From: an uncultured Planctomycetia bacterium
Lineage (GTDB): Bacteria > Omnitrophota > Gorgyraeia > Tantalellales > Tantalellaceae
Length of the DNA: 64,000 bases
Reading direction: 5' to 3'
NCBI GenBank assembly: GCA_964409365.1
Contig: CAYPCX010000001.1
Location: 684-64,683, forward strand
Made by a program: the position numbers and the translations under genes. The notes beneath the pieces were generated by a model. It was not told the DNA's origin. It saw only the letters and a program-made list of their open reading frames with translations, and made no database searches. How positions within the stretch are numbered: the first letter of the stretch is position 1; each line of letters opens with the position of its first letter. Shown in pieces: positions 39,380-50,418 of this stretch.

Positions 39380-41764
39380 ATGCGTTCCATGAGAACGGGA
39401 AAGTATTTAGCGCCGCTTTTCCTTCTGGCTATCCTTATCTTTCCTTTCCATGAAATTTCCCATTCACAGGACAACGATTCCCGGGAGACGCTTGAAAAGA
39501 AAGGCCCTCCGGGTATCGTGTTCCTCTACGACGGACCCGACCGTTTCTATGAAGAAAGCATAGATCTTATAAAAAAGGAGCTGGTGGGGCTGCGCGGGGG
39601 TAAGGCCCCGGTACGTTTCATGGGCACGGAGCATGGTGACTGGGACCCCGATATCATTAAACAAAAACTTGAGGCCCTTCTTGCGGACGATGATGTGGAT
39701 GTCATTATCGGCGCCGGTTATTTTACGGGCATAATAGCCTCCAGGATGGAACTTCCCAAGCCCGTTATCATAGCGGACTTCTTCGATATCCAGATAATGA
39801 GCGTGCCTTATAAAGATGAGACCTCGGGGAAGAGTAATTTCACTTACCTGGCGACCCCGCATCTTGTCAGGGACCAGATAGACGCGTTCAGGAGAATAAA
39901 ACCCTTCCAAAAAGTGCATATATTCATAGACAGTGTCTTCCTGGCCGAGGCCAAAAAGATAGTCCGGGAGATCAAAGCCCATGATTTCGAGATAGAATTC
40001 ATCGGGTACAGGGAGAACCTGTCCGGTGCGCTCGCGGCAATAGAGGACATGGAGATCGAAGCGGTGTATCTTGTGCCGTCCTCTTTTTTGCCGGAAGAAG
40101 ATTACGATAATCTTATTGACGCGCTGAACGAAAGGAAGATACCCACTTTTTCCGCCATGGGGTATGTCGATGTAGAGAAGGGCGTGCTGGCGGGCCTCAT
40201 GCCGAAAATACTCACAAAATTCGCCAGACGTGTAGCTATAAACACCGACAGGGTCCTTAAGGGAGAGAACGCCGGGGATATAAATGTCATGTTCGTGATC
40301 GAGAACAGGTTCATCGTCAATGCGCGCACTGCCAGGGAAATAGACATATCCCTGCCTTTCGACGTTTTACTTAGTGCCGAGATCCTTTATGCGCATGAGG
40401 GCTGGGGAGAGGAGCTCTCTATCTATGAAGCGGTCGATGAAGCCACCAGCAACTACCTTCTTTTCAGGATCAGGGACGAGGAGATAGAGCAGGCCAGGCA
40501 GGAGCATTATATCCAGTGGTCACAGTACCTACCGACGGTAAAATACTCGCTTCTTTATGATATATATGATACCGAGACAGCCAAGCTTTCCCTGGGACTC
40601 ACCCCCAAACGGTATCTTAAGAACAGGTTCTCCTTAAGCCAGCTCATATTCAGCGATCCCGTTTTTACCGAGATAATAAACAGCAAGCGGGAGGTTGATA
40701 TAACAAAACTGCAGAAGGAATCATCCACGCTTGACATAACGGACGAGACGACGTTGGCATATCTGGAGTACCTCAGGACAAAGGCCCTTCTCAAAGTGGA
40801 GACCGAGAATCTCGAGGCGAACAGGCACCACCTCAGTATGGCGAAGAAAAGATATGATATAGGCGTGGCAGGAAGGGAAGAGCAGCTGCGATGGGGGTCG
40901 GAAGTAGCCCAGTCCCAATCTGATGTGTTAAAGGCGCACTCGAACGTCCAGCAGGCCAGGATCACGCTCAACGAGCTCATGAACCGTCCGCAGGAAACAC
41001 CCTTCACGGAACAGGACGTGGGGCTGGAGACCCTGGGATATTATCTTGGTGCCGGGTACCTTGACCGCTTCGTCAAGAACAGGGAGACGCTCCTTGTATT
41101 CCTGGATTACATGGTCCAGAAGGCCTTCGAGAACTCACCGGAGCTAAGGGCGCTCGATATAGCCATCCGGCAGCAGAAGCTCGTCAAGGACACGGCGATG
41201 AGGAAATTCTTTCTTCCGGAAGCGGGCCTTGACGGGTATATAGACCATAGGCTCGGGAAAAAACATTACGGGCCCATCCCCGAGAACGACCACGATGACT
41301 GGTACGTGCAGATGAAGCTCTCTTACCCGATATTCGAGGGCGGCTCCAGGGCCTTCGACTACGAGAAGCAAAAGTCGGAACTGGACCGGCTCACCTTTAA
41401 AAAACAGCTGCAACAGAACCAGGTCGAGCTCGATGTGAGAAGGACGACTTACAGGATGGGGCATTCTTATCCGAACATAGATCTTTCAAGGACAGCGATG
41501 GAGAACGCATCGGAAAATTACGGTATAGTACAGACAAAATACGCGAAAGGCACGGCTTCGATAACGGACCTCATAGACGCGCAGAAGGACAAGTTCGCCC
41601 GCGAGGGGGACGCCGTAATAGCCGTTTATGATCTTCTGGCCGACGTTTATAATTTCGACAGGGCGGTCTCGAAATACTATTCACTTGCTTCCGAAGAAGA
41701 ACAGAAAAAATGGCTGGAAGAGCTTAAGGAATATCTGGTCGCGGAAGGCATAGAGACAAGATAA
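39380..41764 (+). CDS. TolC-family outer-membrane efflux protein with an N-terminal ABC-substrate-binding-like domain
   Basis: N-half with IPTFS..G..DVEKG, RRVAIN..RVLKGE, VNARTAREI; C-half with OEP repeats (SPEL, YPIFEGG, Y.KG..SITDLIDAQ). Confidence 0.82.
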   Translation: MRSMRTGKYLAPLFLLAILIFPFHEISHSQDNDSRETLEKKGPPGIVFLYDGPDRFYEESIDLIKKELVGLRGGKAPVRFMGTEHGDWDPDIIKQKLEALLADDDVDVIIGAGYFTGIIASRMELPKPVIIADFFDIQIMSVPYKDETSGKSNFTYLATPHLVRDQIDAFRRIKPFQKVHIFIDSVFLAEAKKIVREIKAHDFEIEFIGYRENLSGALAAIEDMEIEAVYLVPSSFLPEEDYDNLIDALNERKIPTFSAMGYVDVEKGVLAGLMPKILTKFARRVAINTDRVLKGENAGDINVMFVIENRFIVNARTAREIDISLPFDVLLSAEILYAHEGWGEELSIYEAVDEATSNYLLFRIRDEEIEQARQEHYIQWSQYLPTVKYSLLYDIYDTETAKLSLGLTPKRYLKNRFSLSQLIFSDPVFTEIINSKREVDITKLQKESSTLDITDETTLAYLEYLRTKALLKVETENLEANRHHLSMAKKRYDIGVAGREEQLRWGSEVAQSQSDVLKAHSNVQQARITLNELMNRPQETPFTEQDVGLETLGYYLGAGYLDRFVKNRETLLVFLDYMVQKAFENSPELRALDIAIRQQKLVKDTAMRKFFLPEAGLDGYIDHRLGKKHYGPIPENDHDDWYVQMKLSYPIFEGGSRAFDYEKQKSELDRLTFKKQLQQNQVELDVRRTTYRMGHSYPNIDLSRTAMENASENYGIVQTKYAKGTASITDLIDAQKDKFAREGDAVIAVYDLLADVYNFDRAVSKYYSLASEEEQKKWLEELKEYLVAEGIETR

Positions 41765-41776
41765 AAGGAGTGATTC

Positions 41777-42811
41777 ATGAAATTCATCATAGCGGCAGTT
41801 CTCATATTGACCATGTCGATCACCGGGTGCGGAAGAAAGAAAAAGTTCGAAGAACCGGCCAGGCCCATAAAATACATGACGGTGGAAAAAGGTGATACCG
41901 TCCGCAAAAAGGTCTATAACGGTGTGTCGAAGAACATTACCGAGTCACAGATATCTTTCCGGGTGAGCGGTATGATACAAGAGCTGCCCATAAAAGTGGG
42001 CCAGGCCGTCAAAAAGGACGAAATGCTCGCCCGGCTTGACCAGACGGATTTTCAGACAAAGGTCAACGAAATGCGGGCTACATATGTTAACGCCGAGGCC
42101 GATCTCAAGAGATACCGCTTGCTGTATGAGGAGGAAAGCGCGACCAAACAGGAGCTGGACCAGGCCCAGGCCAATTACGACGTGGCGAAGTCCCAGCTGG
42201 AGCTTGCCGAACAGGAGCTCTCATATACCGTTCTCAAAGCGCCCAGTGACGGCCTGATAGTCAGCAAACCCGTGGAAGTACATGAGAACGTTTCGGTCGG
42301 GCAGACCATATGCGAGCTCGAGACGGGTAAAGAGCTCGAGGTCAAGGTGGGCCTGCCTGAGAACCTGATAGGCAGGGTCAGCAAGGGCGAGGAGACGGTG
42401 GCGCGTTTCGGGTCGGTGAAAGACAAAGAATACCGGGCCGTGGTGACAGAAGTGGGCGTGAGAGTGGACGAAAAAACGGCGACTTTCCCGGTGACGGTGG
42501 AGATCGTCGGGCAGCATGACGAACTGCGCGCCGGCATGGTAGCCGACGTCGAGTTCACTTTCCGGCCGCCGAAAGACGCCTCAAAGACCATAAAGGTCCC
42601 GACGCAGGCCGTGCTGGAAGACCCGTCGGGGAAGCGTTTTGTTTGGGTGTATAACGGTGAGAGCGGCACGGTAACGAAGAGAGAGGTTCGGGTCGCCGGC
42701 GTTACGCAGGAGGGCACCGAAATAGTGTCCGGTCTTGAGCCCGGCGAGATCATCGCCACTGCCGGGGCTCATTATCTCCGCGACGGCCAGAAAGTAAAGC
42801 TTTTGAAATAG
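41777..42811 (+). CDS. RND efflux periplasmic adaptor (MFP), lipoprotein
   Basis: Lipobox ITGC, FRVSG.I, LKAP.DG, LRAGM, VP..AV, SGL.PGE. Confidence 0.92.
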   Translation: MKFIIAAVLILTMSITGCGRKKKFEEPARPIKYMTVEKGDTVRKKVYNGVSKNITESQISFRVSGMIQELPIKVGQAVKKDEMLARLDQTDFQTKVNEMRATYVNAEADLKRYRLLYEEESATKQELDQAQANYDVAKSQLELAEQELSYTVLKAPSDGLIVSKPVEVHENVSVGQTICELETGKELEVKVGLPENLIGRVSKGEETVARFGSVKDKEYRAVVTEVGVRVDEKTATFPVTVEIVGQHDELRAGMVADVEFTFRPPKDASKTIKVPTQAVLEDPSGKRFVWVYNGESGTVTKREVRVAGVTQEGTEIVSGLEPGEIIATAGAHYLRDGQKVKLLK

Positions 42812-42813
42812 AC

Positions 42814-45800
42814 ATGAACATAACTAACGTATTTATAAAGAACGACAGGGTGACGTTCGTGCTGCTTTTCCTGATCATACTTGGGGGGATACAGGCATAT
42901 ACCAATTTCCCGCGGGATGAGGATCCCGAGATAAGCATTCCCACGGCCCTTGTCATGACATATAATCCCGGCATGTCACCCGTGGACGTGGAGCTTTTGA
43001 TCTCTGATAAGATCGAAAAGAAGATCCAGGAACTGCCGGAGCTTGATTATGTGCAGTCCGAGAACAGGACAGGGGTCTCGATAATCACCGTGGAGATAAA
43101 AGATCAGTACAAGGATCTACCGCCGATATGGCAGCGGCTCAGGAACAAGGTGGAAAATGCCGAAGGAGAACTTCCGGAAGGAACGACCAAACCTTTTGTG
43201 TGGGACGATTTCGGCGACGTTTTCGGGATAGTGCTGGCAGTGACAGGGGAAGGTTTCACTTACAGGGAGATAGAGGATGTCACCGACGACCTGAAAAAGG
43301 AGATAAACCTGCTCCCGGGTGTGTCCAAGGTGGAGCTGTACGGTGTACAGGAAGAGCGCGTTTTCATAGAGGTCTCGAACGCGCGGCTCGGGGCGTTCGG
43401 CATGAGCCCGACGGAGCTTATGCAGCTTTTGGCCGATGAGAATATAGTCCTCCCCGGCGGACAGGTGTTCGTGGGGCCCGAGAAGATAATCATAGAGCCC
43501 AGCGGGAACTACGAGAACGTGGACGATATCCGTATGACGGTCGTATCGAAACCCGGCGATATCGAAGTCGTATATCTCAAGGATATGGCCCAGATCAAAA
43601 GGGAGTATATCGATCCACCCCGTGTTATGACGAGACAGGACGGTGTGAGGTGTATCGTGGTGGCTGTTAGCATGGCCAAGGGCGGCAATATCGTCGAGTT
43701 GGGTGATACGGTCAATAATTTTCTCGGCAAGTATGAGCCAAAACTTCCCGTGGGCATGAATATCGATTTTGTGGAATTCCAGCCTACGAAGGTCATAAAA
43801 GCGACCAACGATTTCATGCTGAACCTTCTCCAGGCAATACTTATAGTCAGCATCGTGATGATACTGTCGCTGGGGCTCAGGACCGGCGCGATAGTGGCCA
43901 CCCTGATACCCATGAGCATACTGGCAACGTTCGTTTTCATGTCTTTCTTCAATATCGAACTGCAAAGAGTCTCCATCGCCAGCTTAATAATCGCGTTGGG
44001 ACTTATGGTAGATTGCGGTATAGTGATGAGTGAGAACATAATGGTGCTTTTGAGCAAGGGGGTGAATCGACTGGAAGCGTGTGTCAAGACAGGTAAAGAG
44101 CTTCTTGTTCCGCTTCTTACATCTACGCTTACTACCTGCGCCGCTTTTCTTCCCATAGCGTTGGCCAAGGCGAGAGTGGGAGAGTACTGTCTTTCGCTTT
44201 TCCAGGTGGTTTCGATCTCGCTTTTGTGCTCATGGTTCCTGGGCCTTACCATGATACCGCTTCTCTGCTTCCATTTCCTGAGGTTCGACCGCCCCGAAAA
44301 AGCTATTTTTTCGAACCGCAACTTTCGTTTGGGCATGATAAGCCTTCTTTATGTCGTGTGCATCTTTTTTGCGAAACTGCCTATTCTGCTTCTGGTGGTT
44401 ATCCTGCCGTTCCTTGTTAAGAAATACATCTTTGACAAAAAAAGCAAAGACGCTGCGGAAAAAAAGCCCGAAAAAGAGCACGGGTCACCGTTCTACAAAA
44501 AATATCTGGATTTCCTGACGTACGTCCTTACTCACAGGAAAAGATGTCTCCTGGGGCTTCTGGTGGTCTTTATAATATCCCTCTGGGCCTTCGGTTTCGT
44601 GAAAAAGATATTTTTCCCGCCTTCCGACAGGCCGCAGTACATGGTGGATTTCGAACTGCCTGAAGGTACGAGTATATATACCACCTCGCGCGAACTTAAA
44701 AAATTCGAAAAGTTCCTCTCGGAACAAGAGGAGATAACAAGTTATACTTCTTATATCGGGGAAGGAGGCCCGCGTTTTTATCTTTCCTACGGTCCGAAAC
44801 AATCGAGAGAGAATTATGCCTTTGTCCTGGTCAACTGCGGGTCGTTCTATGACGTAGAACCGCTGATCATAAGGACACGCGAATTCCTTTCAGAGAACGT
44901 GCCGTACGCCAGGCCCAAGGTGAAGCCCCTGGACAGCGGCGTGCCTGTCGATGAACCCATAGAGGTAAGGATATCCGGCGACGATATTGACACTCTCTAT
45001 ACCCTCGCGGACCAGGTAAAAAAAGAACTGGGTGATATAGCGGGAGCCTATAACATCAGGGATGACTGGGGCACTAAGACAAAAAAGATAGTGGTAGACA
45101 TAAACCAGGCGAAGGCCAAGAGGGTGGGCCTTTCGAGCCGTGATGTCGCTGATTCCCTCAAGATGCTCCTTGACGAGCAGGAAGCCACGCTGTACAGGGA
45201 AGAGGACAAGAACATCCCGGTGACCCTCAGGGCGGAAGGCGCTTCGCGCAAGGACGTAGGGAAGGTCGAGAGCCTTAACGTGTACTCTTCGGTGAACGAA
45301 CAGTCGATCCCCCTGTCGCAGATAGCCGAAGACAGGATCGAGTGGGAGAACTCGCAGATCTACAGGAGGAACAGGTGGAGGACCATGAAGGTCTTAAGCC
45401 AGGTGGAACCGGGTTACGTGGCCACGGATGTACTGAAAGTGTTGGAGCCAAAGATGAAAAAGATATCCCGCAAATGGCCTCCCGGGTACAAGTACAAGTT
45501 CGGCGGCGAGAAAGAAGAAAGCGACAAGGCGCAGAACTCGATAGCCGAGCAGTTCCCCATCGCTGTTTTCATAATAGTCATGCTTATGATAGTCCAGTTC
45601 AACTCCCTGAGGCGCATGACGATCATCATATTGACCATACCCATGGCCATAATAGGCGTTACCGTCGGGCTTCTTGTCACGGACCTTCCGTTCGGGTTCA
45701 TGGCGCTTTTGGGTTACATAAGTTTGGCCGGCATAGTGATAAATAACGCCATAGTCCTCATCGACCGCATCGAGCTGAATATACAGGAAGGGAACACGCC

Positions 45801-46038
45801 GCAGAGGTCTGTCATACTGGCGGCCCTTTCGCGCACAAGGCCGATAGTATTGACGTCCGTAACCACCGTGGGCGGGCTTATACCCCTCGCTCTCGGCGGC
45901 GGCGAATTCTGGGCGCCCATGGCGGTAACGATAATGGCGGGGCTGATCTTTTCGACGGTCCTTACGCTCGGTTTCGTGCCGATGCTGTATTCGATGTTCT
46001 TCAAGATAAATTACGAAGAAAAGGATTTCGCGATATGA
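42814..46038 (+). CDS. AcrB/AcrD/AcrF-family RND permease
   Basis: EDP, PG.SP..VE, ALGLMVD, TLTT.AAFLP, GIVINNAIVLID, R.RPI.LT motifs. Confidence 0.94.
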   Translation: MNITNVFIKNDRVTFVLLFLIILGGIQAYTNFPRDEDPEISIPTALVMTYNPGMSPVDVELLISDKIEKKIQELPELDYVQSENRTGVSIITVEIKDQYKDLPPIWQRLRNKVENAEGELPEGTTKPFVWDDFGDVFGIVLAVTGEGFTYREIEDVTDDLKKEINLLPGVSKVELYGVQEERVFIEVSNARLGAFGMSPTELMQLLADENIVLPGGQVFVGPEKIIIEPSGNYENVDDIRMTVVSKPGDIEVVYLKDMAQIKREYIDPPRVMTRQDGVRCIVVAVSMAKGGNIVELGDTVNNFLGKYEPKLPVGMNIDFVEFQPTKVIKATNDFMLNLLQAILIVSIVMILSLGLRTGAIVATLIPMSILATFVFMSFFNIELQRVSIASLIIALGLMVDCGIVMSENIMVLLSKGVNRLEACVKTGKELLVPLLTSTLTTCAAFLPIALAKARVGEYCLSLFQVVSISLLCSWFLGLTMIPLLCFHFLRFDRPEKAIFSNRNFRLGMISLLYVVCIFFAKLPILLLVVILPFLVKKYIFDKKSKDAAEKKPEKEHGSPFYKKYLDFLTYVLTHRKRCLLGLLVVFIISLWAFGFVKKIFFPPSDRPQYMVDFELPEGTSIYTTSRELKKFEKFLSEQEEITSYTSYIGEGGPRFYLSYGPKQSRENYAFVLVNCGSFYDVEPLIIRTREFLSENVPYARPKVKPLDSGVPVDEPIEVRISGDDIDTLYTLADQVKKELGDIAGAYNIRDDWGTKTKKIVVDINQAKAKRVGLSSRDVADSLKMLLDEQEATLYREEDKNIPVTLRAEGASRKDVGKVESLNVYSSVNEQSIPLSQIAEDRIEWENSQIYRRNRWRTMKVLSQVEPGYVATDVLKVLEPKMKKISRKWPPGYKYKFGGEKEESDKAQNSIAEQFPIAVFIIVMLMIVQFNSLRRMTIIILTIPMAIIGVTVGLLVTDLPFGFMALLGYISLAGIVINNAIVLIDRIELNIQEGNTPQRSVILAALSRTRPIVLTSVTTVGGLIPLALGGGEFWAPMAVTIMAGLIFSTVLTLGFVPMLYSMFFKINYEEKDFAI

Positions 46039-46724
46039 GAGAGAAACTGATCTCGAATTTCATTAAAAATAAGTTCAGTCATCTTCTGGCGGTGATTATT
46101 ATACTTTTTCTCATTGCCCCGTTCCTTCCGGAAAGGGACGTAGGCCTGCCGATCGTTTCTTTTGTGTTCCTGGGCATGATACTCGTCACTTTAAGGGCTT
46201 TATCCCTGACCAGGAGGGCCTTGCGCTGGTCGATGAGCATTGCCGCCGCGGCATTCCTGGTAGATGTCATCGGCACGTTCGATACCCATCCCATTCTTGA
46301 TGAGTCTTTTTATGTCGTAAGTACTGCGGTCTATTCGGCATTTTTGGCCCTGGCCATTGTCCTGATAATAAAAAAGCTGTTCACCGAGCGGAAAGTGACG
46401 GGCGATACCATCAAGGGGGCGATAAGTATATATTTTCTGATCGGCATGCTTTTCGCGCTTCTTTACATAGCGGTGGACCATATTGACGGCGCGGCTTTTT
46501 ATTTTACGGGGCCGGAAAAGGATATAAGCCTTTTTTATTTCAGTTTCGTGACGATGACCACGCTCGGTTACGGTGATATCATACCCGCGGATAAATTCGC
46601 CAAGAACCTTGCCGCGCTGCAGGCGGTGGTCGGGCAGATGTACATAGCCATTCTCGTAGCGCGGCTTGTGGGGCTTTATACAGCCGGCAGGACCAGGGAG
46701 CGCATGGAGGAGAAGGCAGAATAA
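46035..46724 (+). CDS. Potassium channel family protein (ion_trans_2)
   Basis: YFSFVTMTTLGYGDI.P selectivity filter. Confidence 0.9.
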   Translation: MREKLISNFIKNKFSHLLAVIIILFLIAPFLPERDVGLPIVSFVFLGMILVTLRALSLTRRALRWSMSIAAAAFLVDVIGTFDTHPILDESFYVVSTAVYSAFLALAIVLIIKKLFTERKVTGDTIKGAISIYFLIGMLFALLYIAVDHIDGAAFYFTGPEKDISLFYFSFVTMTTLGYGDIIPADKFAKNLAALQAVVGQMYIAILVARLVGLYTAGRTRERMEEKAE

Positions 46725-46735
46725 CAGGAGAGAGC

Positions 46736-47632
46736 ATGGCGAGAGAAGGAAAAGGCGAAATAATAAGAAGGATACTTGTCACCGACGACGATCCGGCGGT
46801 GCTTTCCACGCTGAACGAAATATTGACAAGAGAAGGATACAGCGTGATCACGGCTTCCAACGGCGAAGAATGTCTTGTCATGGCCAAAGTCGAAAGCCCG
46901 GATCTTATAGTCCTGGATATTGTGATGCCCGGGATGGACGGCAAGGAAGTAAAAACGAAGCTGAACGAGGACACCTCTACGGCCAGTATACCTGTTGTTT
47001 TCCTCACAGGCAAAGGCGCAACAGCCGACAAGGTCGAAGGGTTCAACCTCGGTATAGACGATTATATCACAAAGCCTTTCGAGCTTGACGAGCTCCTGGC
47101 GCGTGTCAGGGGAGCCCTCACCAGGAGGGGTTTCTATGAGCGCATCTCCATGACGGACGCTCTTACAGGGCTGTATAACAGGCATTATTTCGACAAGCAG
47201 TTCGAGCTTTTTTTCAATATAGCTAAAAGGTACCAGCAGATGTTCTCTCTTGTCATAGTCGATATAGACAATTTCAAGGAGATAAACGATACATACAGCC
47301 ACACGGTAGGGGATTTCGTCCTAAGGAAACTCTCTTCGGTGATGACCGATACGTTAAGAAAGTCGGATATAGTTACCAGGTATGGGGGGGATGAATTCGC
47401 GATAATCCTGCCGGGGAGCGACAGGGAGCAGGCGAAGAAGGCCATGGGAAGGGTCTCGGACAAGATCAACAGCGAGGTGTATATATTCGGCGATAAGAAC
47501 GACAAACTTGACGTCTCGATAAGCATAGGTGTCGCCGCCTACAGCGAGGACATGGGAAGCGCGAAACAGCTTTTCGAGATAGCGGATGCCGATATGTACA
47601 GGGTGAAGAAAGCGTCCAGAGAAAAGGAATAA
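46736..47632 (+). CDS. Response-regulator diguanylate cyclase (REC-GGDEF)
   Basis: REC domain; D.LTGLYNR, DID.FK.IND, RKSD I-site, RYGGDEF. Confidence 0.94.
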   Translation: MAREGKGEIIRRILVTDDDPAVLSTLNEILTREGYSVITASNGEECLVMAKVESPDLIVLDIVMPGMDGKEVKTKLNEDTSTASIPVVFLTGKGATADKVEGFNLGIDDYITKPFELDELLARVRGALTRRGFYERISMTDALTGLYNRHYFDKQFELFFNIAKRYQQMFSLVIVDIDNFKEINDTYSHTVGDFVLRKLSSVMTDTLRKSDIVTRYGGDEFAIILPGSDREQAKKAMGRVSDKINSEVYIFGDKNDKLDVSISIGVAAYSEDMGSAKQLFEIADADMYRVKKASREKE

Positions 47633-47641
47633 ACCGAAAAA

Positions 47642-48295
47642 ATGACCATGGATAACGTGATAATACGGAAATACAGGGAAGAAGACCGTCCCAAGGTCAG
47701 GGAGATATGTTATGAGAGTGTTTTCCTGGGAGAACCCGTCGAGGCTTTTTTCGACGACAAGGAGATACTTGCGGACATAATGACTTTATACTACACGGAT
47801 CACGAGCCGGGATCGATGTTCGTGGCCGAGGACAGCGGCAGGATTGTGGGGTACCTGGCGGGGTGTCCCGATTCGCGAAAGTGCAGGGAAATAGGTCGCA
47901 CGAGCATAATACCCGGGGTCCTCCGCAAGGTCCTGATCCGGGGTATCATCTTTAAGCCGAAAACGGCGAAACTCCTTTTTCACAGCTGTATAGGCCTGAT
48001 AAAGGGAGAGTTCAACGTCCCTTACATGGAAGATTACCCCGCGTATTTCCGCGTATATATCGCTAAAAACTACCGTAAGATGGGCATAGGTTCACGGCTT
48101 CTCGATGCGTACCTGGAACATTTGAGAGAAAAGCAGATAAAAGGTGTTTACAGTATCACGGTCTCCGAAGAGGAGAAGATGTTCCTCTTGAACAGGGATT
48201 TCAAGATATTGTCATCAAGGACCTCAAGACAGCTTTACCGGGTGGTCGGAAAGGATTTTGCTGTCTCTGCGATGGTCAAAAAGACGGATAATTGA
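47642..48295 (+). CDS. GNAT-family acetyltransferase
   Basis: FVAED.GRIVGY, YRKMGIGSRLL motif A. Confidence 0.82.
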   Translation: MTMDNVIIRKYREEDRPKVREICYESVFLGEPVEAFFDDKEILADIMTLYYTDHEPGSMFVAEDSGRIVGYLAGCPDSRKCREIGRTSIIPGVLRKVLIRGIIFKPKTAKLLFHSCIGLIKGEFNVPYMEDYPAYFRVYIAKNYRKMGIGSRLLDAYLEHLREKQIKGVYSITVSEEEKMFLLNRDFKILSSRTSRQLYRVVGKDFAVSAMVKKTDN

Positions 48296-48316
48296 AAAAC
48301 ACCTTTCCTTACTCGC

Positions 48317-49084
48317 ATGAAAAGATCCTTAGTGAAAGTTCTAATATTACCTATTTTCATTTCCTGTTGTTCGCTTGTTCACGCGGATGAAGATATCTAC
48401 AAGACAAGGTATACCTGTTTTGATCTTAAAGGCGGTGAAAGATGGCAAGCCGAGGTAGACATAAAAAAGAGTGGCAGGGAAGGTGTCTATCTTCTCACGG
48501 AAAAGGGAGAGGGGATCTACACCGGTTTTGACGGGAGGATCAGGTGGAAGTCTGAAATGGAGTTCGAGAGCGATGCGTCCGGGGTGAGGCCGCTTGTATG
48601 CGTGAGACGTATCTTTGACAAAGACGGGAATGCCTTGGCCGTACAGACCCAGAGATTCGACCTTGAGGACGGGAAGGCCGTTATTATCGCGGAAGATCTT
48701 GCCAAAGGTACAAAGAAGCAAAAGACGTTCCGTTTCAAGAATGACCCGGTGAACAGGCTTCTTTTGGGGCTTTATATCCGGAAATTCCTTGAACGCGGCA
48801 AGAGAGATGCCAGGATAGACCTTTTCAGCAATGAACCCGCGCATTATAAAGTGGACCTCAGGGTGATAGACACCGGGAAAATAGAGATAAACGGCCGACA
48901 AAAAGAGACCTTCAGGCTGTGCCTGGACCCGGACCTGGGCCTTTTTGGCATCGTAAAGTTCGTGCTGCCGAAAGCCTATGTGTGGCATTCTACCGCTCCG
49001 GAATATAAGTGGCTGCGCTACAAAGGTTTAGAGAGAGGCCCCGGTTCCCCGAAAGTGGAGATAAGAACGATGGAGAAGACATGA
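48317..49084 (+). CDS. Hypothetical secreted beta-rich protein
   Basis: Signal peptide; stop overlaps the next start (ATGA). Confidence 0.7.
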   Translation: MKRSLVKVLILPIFISCCSLVHADEDIYKTRYTCFDLKGGERWQAEVDIKKSGREGVYLLTEKGEGIYTGFDGRIRWKSEMEFESDASGVRPLVCVRRIFDKDGNALAVQTQRFDLEDGKAVIIAEDLAKGTKKQKTFRFKNDPVNRLLLGLYIRKFLERGKRDARIDLFSNEPAHYKVDLRVIDTGKIEINGRQKETFRLCLDPDLGLFGIVKFVLPKAYVWHSTAPEYKWLRYKGLERGPGSPKVEIRTMEKT

Positions 49085-50418
49085 AAAGAATTGTCATACC
49101 GGAAAGATTCCAAAGAGAATACCGGACCGAGCTTGCCCGGCTTTTCCGCGTCCGTATAAATCTTTTCTGTTACGTGGTCATAATAGCGTTTTTGTTTGAG
49201 CTTGTGCTCGCGATGACGATCTTCAAGGGGATATTGAGCATTAAGGACCTGCCGGGGATCGTCATAGGTATACTTTTTTCACTGGCGCTGCTTTTTACGG
49301 GGAGGTTCGCGAGAAAATCGCTTCGTTCCCAGAAAACGAGAGCGATAGTGTTCAGCCTGGTCCTTATAATGATATCCGTTCTTGCCGCGACGGCGCACCC
49401 TACGCTAATACCCCACCTGGGAGTAGCGCTGATCCTTTTGGCCGTATTCACGCCGGTCCTTTTAATGCCGTTCAGCTGGATAGAAGCGACCGCGCTGGGG
49501 CTTTTTGCCATAGCCAATTTCGCGTGGATATATCCCTTAGCGGGAACGTATATAACCTGGGAGATATTCGGGATAAACATCGGCATACTGGTCGAAGCCG
49601 TTTTCGTGATCGCCGTCGTGAAAAGGACACAGGAGATACTCAGAAAAAAGGATTTCGTTTCCCATAGAGAACTGCAGGAAAAAAGCGCCATAATGGCGAA
49701 AGAGCTGGAACTGGCCAAGAAGATCCACACGAGCCTTATCCCGCATTCGATAAAGAACGAACTGGCGGATATCGCCGTCACTTACAAGCCGATGCTCTAC
49801 ATGGGAGGGGATTACGCGAAATTCTCGTTCAAAGGCGGGGATAAGCTCGTGTTCGTCCTTACTGACATAACGGGGCACGGCGTCTCGGCGGCTCTTTTGG
49901 TGAACAGGGTGCACAGCGAGGTGGAGCGCCTGATCAGGGAGGACCTTTCGCCCGGCGAGATACTGAAAGCCCTGGACGAGTTCATAGACAGGGATTTCGG
50001 CCAAATGGGCATCTTTCTTACCGCGTTCTGCGGTATGCTGGATTTTTCCGGAAAGAAACTGGATTATTCCAATTACGGCCATCCCCCGCAGATACTGCTG
50101 CAGTCACGCGACAACGAAGTGGTGCTGATGAGGTCGCAGACCTTTCTCATGGGGATAGGGATGGACGACCAGGCCGTATATCACAACACCATGGAGTTCG
50201 AGCCGGGGGACAGGATCATACTTTTCACTGACGGCCTGATCGAGGCCAAGAACAAGGACCAGGAACTTTTCGGCCAAAAGCGGCTTGAAAGGTTCGCCAA
50301 GGATAATAAGGACCTGGACGTCACGGAGTTCAACAGCCGGCTGGCAGGCGACGTGGACGCATTCGAGAACGGCCAGCAGGGCGATGACATCTTCCTTCTG
50401 ACGATACAGACCAAGTGA
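49081..50418 (+). CDS. Membrane-anchored PP2C / SpoIIE-type Ser/Thr phosphatase
   Basis: About six TM segments, then GGDY, DITGHGVSAAL, N.GHPP, FTDGL.EA, DD. Confidence 0.9.
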   Translation: MKRIVIPERFQREYRTELARLFRVRINLFCYVVIIAFLFELVLAMTIFKGILSIKDLPGIVIGILFSLALLFTGRFARKSLRSQKTRAIVFSLVLIMISVLAATAHPTLIPHLGVALILLAVFTPVLLMPFSWIEATALGLFAIANFAWIYPLAGTYITWEIFGINIGILVEAVFVIAVVKRTQEILRKKDFVSHRELQEKSAIMAKELELAKKIHTSLIPHSIKNELADIAVTYKPMLYMGGDYAKFSFKGGDKLVFVLTDITGHGVSAALLVNRVHSEVERLIREDLSPGEILKALDEFIDRDFGQMGIFLTAFCGMLDFSGKKLDYSNYGHPPQILLQSRDNEVVLMRSQTFLMGIGMDDQAVYHNTMEFEPGDRIILFTDGLIEAKNKDQELFGQKRLERFAKDNKDLDVTEFNSRLAGDVDAFENGQQGDDIFLLTIQTK

